The notes: generated from the sequence alone by a model not told the origin. Shown: positions 1 through 9,154, counted from the stretch's first letter. The stretch is 64,000 bases of DNA from an uncultured Acidimicrobiaceae bacterium (GCA_947259365.1 CAMYMC010000042.1:19954-83953), one strand, 5' to 3'. Numbers and translations: made by a program.

Positions 1-851
1 ACGGGGGGACCTATCGCCTCGCCACCCACGTCTACACGAGGTTCGGCGTCGAATTCACCTTCGCCGACACCGCAGACGCCGGAGCCGTCGCCGCCGCCAT
101 CCGCCCCGCCACCCGGCTCATCCTCACCGAGACGCCGGCCAACCCGACGCTCAAGCTCACCGACATCGCCGCGGTGTCCGAGCTCGCCCGCGACCGTGCC
201 ATACCCCATGCGGTCGACAACACGTTCCTCACGCCGTACTACCAGCGGCCGCTCGAGCTCGGCGCCGACATGTCGATCCACTCGACGACGAAGTACCTCG
301 ACGGCCACAACGCGACAGTGGGCGGCGCGGTCGTCCTCGGCTCCGAGGACCACACCGAGCGGGTCCGGTTCGTCCAGAACGCCACCGGCACGATCATGTC
401 CCCGTTCGTCGCCTGGCTCACGCTGCAGGGGATCAAGACCCTGAGCGAGCGGATGGACCGCCAGTCGGCAACTGCTGCGGAGATCGCCGGCTTCCTGGAG
501 GCGCACCCGAAGGTCGACCGCGTCGCCTACCCCGGTCTCGAGTCCTTCCCCCAGCATGAGCTGGCGAAGCGGCAGGCCTCCGGGTTCGGGGCGATGCTGT
601 GGTTCGAGGTCGTCGGCGGCGTCGAGGCTGGAAAGCGGCTGATGGACGCACTCGAGGTGTGGACGCTCGCCGAGAACCTCGGGTCGGTGGAGTCGCTCGC
701 CACCCATCCCGTGACGATGACCCACGCGATCATGCCGCCTGAGGAGCGAGAACGGGTCGGCATCACCGACGGCCTCGTCCGGCTCTCCGTCGGTCTCGAG
801 GACCCCGAGGATCTCATCGCCGACCTCGACAAGGCCCTCGCCGCGGTCTGA
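1..851 (+). CDS. PLP-dependent Cys/Met-metabolism enzyme (cystathionine gamma-synthase / O-succinylhomoserine sulfhydrylase family), 5'-truncated by the window edge
   Basis: Frame 3 reads through from nt 3 (GGTYRLATHVYTRFGVEFTF...). Conserved C-terminal region of the MetB/MetZ family (SIHSTTKYLDGH, MSPF, ATHP). Stop at 849-851. Confidence 0.8.
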   Translation, partial: GGTYRLATHVYTRFGVEFTFADTADAGAVAAAIRPATRLILTETPANPTLKLTDIAAVSELARDRAIPHAVDNTFLTPYYQRPLELGADMSIHSTTKYLDGHNATVGGAVVLGSEDHTERVRFVQNATGTIMSPFVAWLTLQGIKTLSERMDRQSATAAEIAGFLEAHPKVDRVAYPGLESFPQHELAKRQASGFGAMLWFEVVGGVEAGKRLMDALEVWTLAENLGSVESLATHPVTMTHAIMPPEERERVGITDGLVRLSVGLEDPEDLIADLDKALAAV

Positions 852-987
852 GCACGCCGACAAGAGCCCATCATGTGTCGGAATCCCTACATTGATGCCC
901 GACGCTGGGCTGTGGGTTGAACGCGTAGTGCGTTCGCGAGCTAGCATCGCTTGCGGTGTGGGCACCGACTGAGAGGGAGGGAAAGCC

Positions 988-1560
988 ATGCGACGCCTCA
1001 AACACGTTCTCGCGCTCGCTGCAGCCCTGCTGCTGACGAGCACGGCCGTCGCCATCGCCGCGCCGGGAGCCTCGGGTTCCGAGGTCGGCAAGGGACTCGC
1101 GGAATCGCGGAGGGCCACGAAGCAGTTCCACGACCCAGCAGCTGCGGAAGTCGCGGGGTACGTCGACACCGAGGAGTGCGTTGGCATTCCCGGCGTGGGC
1201 GCCATGGGCGTCCACTACGTGAACTTCGGCCTGGCATTCGACCTCGTCGTCGATGCGGCCCAGCCCGAAGTGCTGCTCTACATCCCGTCGGGCAACGAGC
1301 TACGGCTGGTCGCGGTCGAGTACTTCGTGCCGGCCCTCGCCAACAGCCCCGCCGGGCCGGTGCCGTGGTTCGACCACGCCCCGCCAGTTCTCGGGTTCTT
1401 CAACGCCGCACCGAGCCTGTGGGGCCACACGTTCGAGGGCCCGATGCCCGGGCACGATCCGACGATGCCGTGGCACTACGAGCTCCACGTGTGGAACTGG
1501 CAGGGCAACCCGCACGGGGTGTTCAGCGACTTCAACCCGAGCCTGAGCTGTCCGGCCTGA
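988..1560 (+). CDS. secreted hypothetical protein (signal peptide)
   Basis: RBS GAGGGAGGGAAAG before the ATG. N-terminal signal peptide LALAAALLLTSTAVAIAAP. No recognisable domain. Confidence 0.55.
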   Translation: MRRLKHVLALAAALLLTSTAVAIAAPGASGSEVGKGLAESRRATKQFHDPAAAEVAGYVDTEECVGIPGVGAMGVHYVNFGLAFDLVVDAAQPEVLLYIPSGNELRLVAVEYFVPALANSPAGPVPWFDHAPPVLGFFNAAPSLWGHTFEGPMPGHDPTMPWHYELHVWNWQGNPHGVFSDFNPSLSCPA

Positions 1561-1643
1561 TCGACGAGGAGCCTCCGGAGAGCGGGAGGGACCCCCTCCC
1601 GCTCTCTTCGCGCCGGTGAGGAGGTAGCGGTTCGGGATCGGCC

Positions 1644-2288
1644 TCAGCCGGCGAGCCCGATCTCGAAGGTCCCGTCTGCGGTCCCGCCGTCGTCGAAGGT
1701 GACGACGTAGGTGCCGCTCAACGACGGGTCCTCGGTGATCACGCCGTCCGCCTGGAACGAGGCGATGCCGGCTGCGGGGACCTCCGCGGCGAGGATCTGG
1801 ATCCCGGTGGGCCCGGCACTGAACGAGATGGGCCCGAAGGTGGCGGACTGGATCCCGCCGGCACCCGAGAGCAGCTCGAAGGCGTCGAAGGCCCACTCCT
1901 CGGGGTCGGGGTCGGCGAGGCCGAACACGTTGCCGCCGAGGTCCATGGCCACGATGATGCCGTCCTCGAGCACCTCGAGTTCGAACTCGATCGGTCCCGA
2001 AGAGCCGAAGGTCGTGTTCGTCCATGTTCCGCTCCAGATCCCGGCGAAGCTCTCGATGAGGCCGAGGATCGGATCGGCGGCGGGCGCCGTCGTCGCCGGG
2101 GCCGCCGTCGTCGTCGCGGCTGCCGTCGTCGCCGGGGCCGCCGTCGTCGCCGGGGCCGCCGTCGTCGCCGGGGCTGCTGTCGTCGCCGGAGCCACCGTCG
2201 TCGTCACGACGTCGGCGTCGTCGTCTCCGCACGCGGAGGCGACGAGCAGCATCGCGACGACAGCCACGTAGAGAGATCGGACGGACAT
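1644..2288 (-). CDS. lipoprotein with Ala/Thr/Pro-rich tandem linker (APATTA x5), hypothetical
   Basis: Signal peptide plus lipobox (LLVASAC). Low-complexity TTAAPATT repeats, then a Gly-rich beta-like domain. Confidence 0.6.
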   Translation of the reverse strand: MSVRSLYVAVVAMLLVASACGDDDADVVTTTVAPATTAAPATTAAPATTAAPATTAAATTTAAPATTAPAADPILGLIESFAGIWSGTWTNTTFGSSGPIEFELEVLEDGIIVAMDLGGNVFGLADPDPEEWAFDAFELLSGAGGIQSATFGPISFSAGPTGIQILAAEVPAAGIASFQADGVITEDPSLSGTYVVTFDDGGTADGTFEIGLAG

Positions 2289-2352
2289 CGGGGCACTCCT
2301 CTCGTCGGCACGGCGTGACCGCCGCCGGCCACGTTACCCACCCGCCGCGATG

Positions 2353-2784
2353 TCACCCCGGCGCGGTCCGGGACCGGCCGCCTCCCGCAGTCCGCAGCCG
2401 GTGGGTGGATGTCACGACGAGTGCCACGGAGACGGCGAAGCCCGTAGCGAAGAGCCAGCGCGGCTGGTCCAAGAACACCGCGCTGTGCGCGGTCAGCGCC
2501 GGCGCGGCGGAGAAGAGCACCACCGGAAGGGCGACGCGGGCAGGAGCGACCCCGGCCATGTCGGGAAAGAGCCCCACGACGACGGCGTCGAAGACGAAGA
2601 GGCCGGCCACGACCCAGCTCAGCACGCTCGTCTCCGGCGAGGCGTCCTCGAGCACGAAGGCGACGACGGCGAGCAGCGCCGCCAACAGCGCCACCAGGAG
2701 CGCCGCCGTCGCCGCCGGACGGGCCACGACGGCGGCGTTGATGCGCTCGATATGCTCGGCACCGGACGACGGGCTCGGGGTCAA
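2353..2784 (-). CDS. small integral membrane protein (3-4 TM), probable TTG start overlapping the cysK stop
   Basis: Hydrophobic helices (ALLVALLAALLAVVAFVL; VLSWVVAGLFVFDAVVVGLF; ALPVVLFSAAPALTA; FATGFAVSVALVV). No ATG in the N-terminal part. A TTG at 2782-2784 overlaps the cysK TGA (TTGA coupling). Confidence 0.4.
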   Translation of the reverse strand: MTPSPSSGAEHIERINAAVVARPAATAALLVALLAALLAVVAFVLEDASPETSVLSWVVAGLFVFDAVVVGLFPDMAGVAPARVALPVVLFSAAPALTAHSAVFLDQPRWLFATGFAVSVALVVTSTHRLRTAGGGRSRTAPG

Positions 2785-3734
2785 TCGCCCAGCCCCTGCT
2801 CCCGCATCCAGTCGTCGTTGAAGATCTTCGAGAGGTAGTTGCGCCCCGAGTCCGGCAGGATGACGACGACGAGCCTCGAGTCGTCCTCGGCGGCCACCCG
2901 CAGCGCCCCGGCCACCGCCATCCCACACGACCCCCCGACGAGCATCCCCTCGACGGCGGCGAGCCGACGGGTCATCTCGAACGCGTCGCGATCGTCCACC
3001 TGCTCATAGCGGTCGACGACGGCGGGGTCGAACGTCACCGGCCAGAAGTCCTCGCCGACGCCCTCGATGAGGTAGGTGTGGACGTCGTCGTCGGTCTCCG
3101 CCGTGTAGATGGAGCCGACCGGATCGACGCCGACGACCTCGAGGCCGGGCTTCATCGACTTGAGATACATCCCGGTCCCGGTGATCGTCCCGCCGGTGCC
3201 GACCCCGACGGCGAGCACGTCGACCTCCCCGTCGGTCTGGCGCCAGATCTCGGGACCGGTGGAGTGGGCGTGGGCGTGAGGGTTCGCCGGGTTCGAGTAC
3301 TGGTCCGGCCGGTAGGCGTTCGGGATCTCACGCGTCAGGCGCTCGGCGACCGCGTAGTACGAGCGGGGGTCGTCCGGCTCGACGTCGGTGGGACACACGA
3401 CGACCTCGGCACCGTATGCCCTGAGCAGGTCCTGTTTCTCCTTCGATTGCTTGTCGGCGATGACGGCGATCATGCGGTATCCCTTGATCGCCGCCGCCAT
3501 CGCCAGCCCCACGCCGGTGTTCCCGCTCGTGGGCTCGACGATGGTGCCGCCGGGCTCGAGCCAGCCGTTGACCTCCGCTCGTTCGATCATCGCGAGGGCG
3601 ATGCGGTCCTTCACCGAGCCGCCGGGGTTGAGGTACTCCACCTTGGCGACGAGGTTCCCGGGGGGATGGATCCTGCCGAGGCGCACGAGGGGCGTGTTGC
3701 CGACCGCAGCGACGATGTCGTCGTGGATCTCCAT
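2781..3734 (-). CDS. cysK: cysteine synthase (O-acetylserine sulfhydrylase, CysK/CysM family)
   Basis: 317 aa. PLP fold type II motifs (GNTPLVRL, KVEYLNPGGSVKDR, GNTGVGLA, GVGTGGTITG). ATG at 3734. Confidence 0.85.
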   Translation of the reverse strand: MEIHDDIVAAVGNTPLVRLGRIHPPGNLVAKVEYLNPGGSVKDRIALAMIERAEVNGWLEPGGTIVEPTSGNTGVGLAMAAAIKGYRMIAVIADKQSKEKQDLLRAYGAEVVVCPTDVEPDDPRSYYAVAERLTREIPNAYRPDQYSNPANPHAHAHSTGPEIWRQTDGEVDVLAVGVGTGGTITGTGMYLKSMKPGLEVVGVDPVGSIYTAETDDDVHTYLIEGVGEDFWPVTFDPAVVDRYEQVDDRDAFEMTRRLAAVEGMLVGGSCGMAVAGALRVAAEDDSRLVVVILPDSGRNYLSKIFNDDWMREQGLGD

Positions 3735-3799
3735 GTGCCAGAGGGTAGGCGGGCCGGCCAGGGCGACAGCCGCCGGGCTCGGCCGGGTGGCGGCGGCGC

Positions 3800-5476
3800 T
3801 CACACGATTCCGGTGAGCTGCCAGAAGGGAACGACCGCAGCGATGAGCATCACGATCCCAACGAGGTCGAGGACCGCGCCCTTGCGCAGGATCTCGCGCA
3901 CAGTGAAGAGCTCGGTGCTGTAGGCGAGCATCGTCGGCGGCGTCCCGATGACGAGGGCGAAATCGACCGACGAGGCGATGGCGACGACGCCCACGAGCAG
4001 CACCGGGCTCACCCCGACGAGTCCGGCGAGGGGGATCGCGAGCGGGATGAGCGTGGCCGCCGACCCCGTGTTCGACGCCACCGTCGTCAGACCGAGCGTG
4101 ACGGCCGCGACCGCAGTCACGGCGAGGAGCGTCGGCCAGTCGGCGAGGGCGCCGAGCCGGGTGACGAGCCAGTCCGAGGCGCCCGTCTCCACCATGTGCA
4201 CGCCGAGGGTGAGCCCGCCGCCGAAGGTCAGCAGCGTCGGCCACGAGATCCGCTGGAGGTCTTCCGGCTCGACGAGCCCGACGGCGAACAGCGCCACGGC
4301 GCCGGCAAGGGCGACGATGCCGGGCGAGATGCCGTGCCATGCCTGCGTCAGCCAGCCGGCGAAGACCGCTCCGAAGACGGCGAGGACGGCCCACTGGCGC
4401 CGGTCGAGCCGCTCGAGCCCCGAGCGCTGCTCCACAGCTGCCCGTCTCGCGTCCGCGAAGCGGTCGGCATCGACGCTGACGCTGCTGACCAACCAGAGGT
4501 ACCCGGCCATCACCGGAAGGAAGAACACGACCATCGGCAGCCCGAAAGCGAACCATCGCAGGAAGGTGATCTCGCGCCCGGCGACACTGCCGAGGAAGTC
4601 GATGGCGAGGAGATTGGCGGGGGTGCCGATCGCGCTGCCGACACCGCCGATCGTGGCGGCGTAGGCGATGCCGAGGACGATTGCCTTGCGGTAGCCGAGA
4701 TTCACCAGCGGGGCGGTGACGGCCATTGCGATCGGCAGCAAGACGGCCACGGCCGCGGTGTTCGACATCCACATCGACATGAACGCCGAGATCGCGACCA
4801 TCGCGGCGAACAGCGACGCCGGGCTTCGCCCCGCTCCGGCAACGACGGCCACGGCGGCGAGGCGGTCGAGTTCGACCCGGCGCATCGCCTCGGCCATGAG
4901 GAACCCGGCGAAGAACAGCACGATGATCGGGTCGAAGAACGGGGCGAGTGCGGCCCGGGCGCTCGCGACCTCCGCGAAGGTCAGGACGACCGGGATCAAG
5001 AGACCGGTGACGAACAGCGGCACCGCCTCGGAGACCCACAGGACGATGACCGCGGCGAGGAGGCCGAGCACGACCCCGACGTCGGTGGGCGGTCGCCGCA
5101 CCGCGACGAAGGCGCCCGGACCGTCTTCACCGAGGACGGGGACCGCCTCCCGGGAGCCATCGGCGAGGACGAGTGACACCTCGACCTCGCCCAGGGTCAC
5201 GACCCGTCCCGTCACCGCCACCTCGACGCGGAGGGGATCGTCCACCGGGACGCCTCCCGGAAGCCCGGCGTCGACGGCGACACCGCCGCTGATCCCGTGC
5301 ACCGCCTGCACGGCGTCACTCCCTACCTCGACCGGGCCGGACACGACGACGTCATCGCCGATCGCGATCTCGAAGGAACCGGGCCCCGGGTCCCACGACG
5401 CCGGCGCCGCGGCCCCGGCGAGGATCGCGGCGACGGCCGCAAGGGTCACGAAGAGGGCTCTGCGCGACGGCGACAT
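3800..5476 (-). CDS. DASS/SLC13-family anion permease (sodium:sulfate/dicarboxylate symporter-like) with about 120-aa N-terminal extracytoplasmic domain
   Basis: Many TM helices. Duplicated SNT hairpin motifs (MSNTAAVAVLLPIA; VASNTGSAATLIPLA). Signal-like N-terminus MSPSRRALFVTLAAVAAILAGAAAP. Same strand as cysK and 65 nt upstream of it. Confidence 0.7.
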   Translation of the reverse strand: MSPSRRALFVTLAAVAAILAGAAAPASWDPGPGSFEIAIGDDVVVSGPVEVGSDAVQAVHGISGGVAVDAGLPGGVPVDDPLRVEVAVTGRVVTLGEVEVSLVLADGSREAVPVLGEDGPGAFVAVRRPPTDVGVVLGLLAAVIVLWVSEAVPLFVTGLLIPVVLTFAEVASARAALAPFFDPIIVLFFAGFLMAEAMRRVELDRLAAVAVVAGAGRSPASLFAAMVAISAFMSMWMSNTAAVAVLLPIAMAVTAPLVNLGYRKAIVLGIAYAATIGGVGSAIGTPANLLAIDFLGSVAGREITFLRWFAFGLPMVVFFLPVMAGYLWLVSSVSVDADRFADARRAAVEQRSGLERLDRRQWAVLAVFGAVFAGWLTQAWHGISPGIVALAGAVALFAVGLVEPEDLQRISWPTLLTFGGGLTLGVHMVETGASDWLVTRLGALADWPTLLAVTAVAAVTLGLTTVASNTGSAATLIPLAIPLAGLVGVSPVLLVGVVAIASSVDFALVIGTPPTMLAYSTELFTVREILRKGAVLDLVGIVMLIAAVVPFWQLTGIV

Positions 5477-5591
5477 CCGCCCCGAGTCTCGCACGTCGCC
5501 TCTCCGAGCATCGGGCGGCCGCCGCCGCCGGCGCCGTTCCACGCCGGCCAATTTCCTTGCAGCGGGTCACGGTCACGGTATCTTGTGCCGA

Positions 5592-7331
5592 ATGCGACCA
5601 CACTTGGTAGTCAGACTGCTACTGACCGCGATTGTCATCACGACGGCGACGCCGGCGGTGGCCGGACCGCTCCCCCCGGGCGGGTCCTTCGTCGACGACG
5701 ACGGGAACATCCACGAAGGGAGCATCGAGGCGATCGCCGCCGAGAACATCACCCGGGGCTGCAACCCGCCCGCCAACGACCGGTACTGCCCGTCGGGGAC
5801 GGTGACCCGCGGCGAGATGGCGGCGTTCCTCGTCAGAGCGCTCGGACTGGTCGACGACGGCGGTGGCGACCTCTTCGTCGACGACGACACGTCGATCTTC
5901 GAGGGCGACATCGACCGAATCGGCGCCGCCGGGATCACCCGGGGCTGCAACCCACCGGCCAACACCGACTACTGCCCCGACGACCCGGTCACCCGCGAGC
6001 AGATGGCCGCGTTCTTGGTCCGCGCCTTCGGGTACACCGACCCCGGTGCCGGCGACTGGTTCGTCGACGATGACACGTCGATCTTCGAGAGCGACATCGA
6101 CCGGCTTCGGGTCGCCGGCGTGACACTGGGCTGCAACCCACCGGCCAACGACCGGTTCTGCCCCCGCGACCCGGTACTGCGCGACCAGATGGCGTCGTTC
6201 CTCACCCGGGCACTCGGGCTGACACCGATGGTGCCGCCACCCCGCCCCGTGGCCGTCCTCGAGACCGTCGTCACCGGCCTGTCATCGCCGACGTACCTCA
6301 CCTCGCCGCCGGGCGATCAACGGCTCTTCATCGTCGAGAAACGGGGGACCGTTCGCATCTTCGAGAGCGGCGCGCTTCGGCCCGGGTTCTTCCTCGACGT
6401 CCGAAGCGACACCCTCAACGGCGGTGAGACGGGGCTGCTCTCGCTCGCCTTCCACCCCGAGTACGCGACGAACGGGCGGTTCTACGTGTACCAGAGCGGC
6501 TCCCTCCAACCGGGGGGCAGCGGCCACCATACGAGCTACATCTACGAGTACTCGGTGTCCGCCGACCCGTACGACGCCGACGAATCCTCCCGTCGCGAGA
6601 TCCTCGCCGTCGACCAGCGCGCCCCCAACCACAACGGCGGCCAGATCGAGTTCGGACCCGACGCCATGTTGTGGATCGGCCTCGGCGACGAGGGCGGCCA
6701 GGACGACACCTACGGCAACGGGCAGGACCTCGACACCCTCCACGGGGCCATGCTCCGCATCGACGTCGACGCCGGCTCGCCGTACGCGGTGCCGTCGGAC
6801 AACCCCTTCGTCGGCGCGGCGGGGCGCGACGAGATCTGGGCCTACGGGCTACGCAATCCCTGGCGCTGGGCCTTCTACGGCGGCGATCTGTACATCGCAG
6901 ACGTGGGCCAGAACGCAAGGGAGGAAGTCAACGTCGTGTCGCTGGCCGCCGGTGCCGGGTCGAACTTCGGATGGTGCGACTGGGAGGGCACCCGCAGCCA
7001 CGCCGGTTTCGCCAACTGTCCCGGTTCCGCCTCGGGGGTGACGTTCCCCGTCGCCGAGCTCAGCCACTCGGCCGGGAACTGCTCGATCACGGGCGGACGC
7101 GTGTACGACGGGAGCGCCCTCCCCGACCTCGTCGGTCACTACTTCTACGCGGACCTCTGTCGCGGCCACCTGCTCAGCTTCGAATGGGCCGGGGGCGCGG
7201 TCACGAACGCCAAGGACTGGACCGGAGAGCTCGGCACGATCGGGGGCATCTGGTCATTCGGCTCGGACTCGGACGGCGAGCTCTACATCGTGCGGGGAAG
7301 CGGCACGGTGCTCCGGCTCGCCGCCGGATGA
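5592..7331 (+). CDS. secreted PQQ-dependent sugar (glucose/sorbosone) dehydrogenase beta-propeller with three N-terminal SLH-like repeats
   Basis: Signal peptide. Three 62-aa repeats F.DDD..I.E..I..I...GIT.GCNPPAN..YCP...VTR.QMAAFLVRA matching the SLH consensus. C-terminal SGDH motifs (GLLSLAFHP, NHNGGQIEFGPDAMLWIGLGDEG, GLRNPWRWAF). Confidence 0.75.
   Translation: MRPHLVVRLLLTAIVITTATPAVAGPLPPGGSFVDDDGNIHEGSIEAIAAENITRGCNPPANDRYCPSGTVTRGEMAAFLVRALGLVDDGGGDLFVDDDTSIFEGDIDRIGAAGITRGCNPPANTDYCPDDPVTREQMAAFLVRAFGYTDPGAGDWFVDDDTSIFESDIDRLRVAGVTLGCNPPANDRFCPRDPVLRDQMASFLTRALGLTPMVPPPRPVAVLETVVTGLSSPTYLTSPPGDQRLFIVEKRGTVRIFESGALRPGFFLDVRSDTLNGGETGLLSLAFHPEYATNGRFYVYQSGSLQPGGSGHHTSYIYEYSVSADPYDADESSRREILAVDQRAPNHNGGQIEFGPDAMLWIGLGDEGGQDDTYGNGQDLDTLHGAMLRIDVDAGSPYAVPSDNPFVGAAGRDEIWAYGLRNPWRWAFYGGDLYIADVGQNAREEVNVVSLAAGAGSNFGWCDWEGTRSHAGFANCPGSASGVTFPVAELSHSAGNCSITGGRVYDGSALPDLVGHYFYADLCRGHLLSFEWAGGAVTNAKDWTGELGTIGGIWSFGSDSDGELYIVRGSGTVLRLAAG
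5688..6245 (+). repeat. 3 x 186-bp in-frame tandem repeat encoding the SLH-like modules
   Basis: TTCGTCGACGA(C/T)GAC... recurs at 5688, 5874 and 6060. High nucleotide identity between the copies. Confidence 0.8.
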
Positions 7332-7350
7332 CCGGCGCCGGCTCGGGCGA

Positions 7351-8064
7351 TCAGAACTGACGGTATGGCGTGGGTCTCGGCACGCCGGGCTCGCCCCCGG
7401 GGCGGGCCGACAGCAGCCAGACGGCCATCCACTCGACCACCCAGTAGACGCCGTAGCCGATGAGCACCCCGACGGTCGGCGGTCCGACGACGAGGACGCC
7501 GTACCCGGCGATCAGCCCGGCCGGCGCCTCCTCGCCCCAGAGGAGAGCGAACGGAACGGGGGCGACCGCGGCGATGGCGGAGAGGGCGAGGTTGCCGCCC
7601 GTGGCCCCGAGGACGAATAGCGCGATCCCGGTGACGGCGGCGAGGCCCCACAGCACGATCCCGGCCCGGCCCCGAAGCCAGGGCTGCGAGAACCGGGTCC
7701 CCAGCGTGACTGCAGCCCACATCAACCTGCGTCTGACGAGGGGCACGCCGAGATCCTCGAGCGCTTCGAGGAAGATGCGGTCGGCCGACTTCCGCGACAC
7801 CGGCGGAGCGAGACGCGCACCGGAATCCACGAGGTGGTCGTGGAGTAACGCCGCCGCCGTGTGACGGCCGTAGCCACTGGCGAACCATCGCAGCGGCCAC
7901 GGCACCGAGGCGAGATCGGTCCCCGGTAGATCCTCCGGGGTCACGATGTATTCGCCCGAGGCCGCGACGTAGCGGAACGGCCGGACGAGGCGGAACCGGC
8001 GATCGCTCACTTGGGCGAGCACGATTTCGGCCTCGACGTCCGCTTCAACGGCGAAGAACGGCAT
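7351..8064 (-). CDS. hypothetical protein with DUF1353-like N-domain and C-terminal TM helices
   Basis: Motif TDLASVPWPLRW...AALLHDHLV resembles DUF1353. Hydrophobic C-terminal helices. Confidence 0.45.
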   Translation of the reverse strand: MPFFAVEADVEAEIVLAQVSDRRFRLVRPFRYVAASGEYIVTPEDLPGTDLASVPWPLRWFASGYGRHTAAALLHDHLVDSGARLAPPVSRKSADRIFLEALEDLGVPLVRRRLMWAAVTLGTRFSQPWLRGRAGIVLWGLAAVTGIALFVLGATGGNLALSAIAAVAPVPFALLWGEEAPAGLIAGYGVLVVGPPTVGVLIGYGVYWVVEWMAVWLLSARPGGEPGVPRPTPYRQF

Positions 8065-8151
8065 GGTGGCCCCCCGGCTCGGATCGACGAGGCGCAGCGT
8101 ACCGGTGGGACACGTCGGGGTCGGTGCAGCGTGCGCCAGCGATGCGGGTGC

Positions 8152-8934
8152 TCACCCGAGCGCTCTGAGGTAGAGCGCTTCGACGTCCTCCGCCGGCGAG
8201 ATGCCCATCGTCTCTCGCAGGAGCGTGCTGATCTCGTCGTAGACCCTCACGGCCTCTGCCCGGTTGCCTCCGGCGAGGTGGCACTCCATGAGCCGGGCAT
8301 ATCCCGACTCGCGATACGGAGCGAGGTCGACGGACCGCCGCGCGGCATGGACGGCGGCTCGCGGATCGTCGCTGAGCAACCACGCCGCGGCGAGGGTGCC
8401 GTAGGTCCGGACCTGCATCTCGTGGAGCTCGCGACGCATGGAATCGACCCACGGGCCGGTCTCTCCGGGGAGGAACGGCCGGCGCAGGATGGCAGATGCC
8501 ACAGTGGCATCGGCCCACGCCGTGGGCCCGTCACCACGTCGGACCGCACCCTCGGCACGGTCGAGCGAGTTCACCGCCACTCTCAAGTCGATCCACGTGC
8601 CCTCGGGCAGCCGTAGCTCGTGAGCCCCGTGGCGGGTCTCCAGGCCTCCGGCGGCGTCGAGCCCGGCACGACCGATGAGCCTCCGCAGCTTCGAGACGAT
8701 CGCGCTCAGCGAGGAATCCCAGGCCGGAGGGAGCTCGTGGTGCCACACCACGTCGGCGAGTTCGTGACGCTCGACGCGCCGTGGTGCCGATGCGAGGTAC
8801 ACGAACGCCAGTCGCCCCTGCCGACCCGGGAAGGCCGACGCCTCGATGACTGCGTCGGCCGTCTCGATCATGACCCGACCCAGCAGGTAGATCCGTGTCA
8901 CGTGACCTCCAAACAATCGCCAAGGATCCGACAA
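8152..8934 (-). CDS. SARP-family transcriptional activator (OmpR-type winged helix + BTAD)
   Basis: N-terminal IYLLGRVMIE...LAFVYLA winged-helix signature, followed by a TPR-like BTAD domain. About 260 aa, like DnrI/ActII-ORF4. Confidence 0.65.
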   Translation of the reverse strand: MSDPWRLFGGHVTRIYLLGRVMIETADAVIEASAFPGRQGRLAFVYLASAPRRVERHELADVVWHHELPPAWDSSLSAIVSKLRRLIGRAGLDAAGGLETRHGAHELRLPEGTWIDLRVAVNSLDRAEGAVRRGDGPTAWADATVASAILRRPFLPGETGPWVDSMRRELHEMQVRTYGTLAAAWLLSDDPRAAVHAARRSVDLAPYRESGYARLMECHLAGGNRAEAVRVYDEISTLLRETMGISPAEDVEALYLRALG

Positions 8935-8981
8935 TGTTCGCCCGGTAGCCTCGCGCCGACGCCGAGTCCAGGAGGGTCGAC

Positions 8982-9143
8982 ATGGCGGACGATACAGCCA
9001 AGATCATCGAGTGCCCCTGCGGGGCCATCATCGAGGGCTCCTCCGATGATGACGTCGTGACCAAGGCACAAGACCATGCCAAGGCGACTCACGACATGGA
9101 GTTGTCCCGCGACCAGGCGCTCTCGATGGCGCGCCCGGCCTGA
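8982..9143 (+). CDS. DUF1059-like small protein (53 aa), absent from the ORF track
   Basis: MADDTAKIIECPCGAIIEGSSDDDVVTKAQDHAKATHDMELSRDQALSMARPA. ECPCG...HAKATH pattern of DUF1059. RBS GGAGGG 6 nt upstream. Confidence 0.5.
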   Translation: MADDTAKIIECPCGAIIEGSSDDDVVTKAQDHAKATHDMELSRDQALSMARPA

Positions 9144-9154
9144 GAAGGACGTCG

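Noticed and set aside
2781-5039. 752-aa minus-strand ORF fusing cysK with upstream sequence
   Set aside because: Only the last 317 codons are cysK. The upstream part is Arg/Gly-rich read-through lacking stops because of the high GC, and it overlaps the real transporter gene in another frame.
4716-5591. N-terminal 290 codons of the 871-aa + ORF (MTAIAIGSKTATAAV...)
   Set aside because: Antisense shadow of the DASS transporter gene (Ser/Thr/Arg/Ala-rich low complexity). The real gene starts at ATG 5592 with a signal peptide.
8897-8906. Perfect palindrome GTCACGTGAC
   Set aside because: It lies inside the SARP coding sequence near its start; short G-box-like palindromes occur by chance and have no clear regulatory context.
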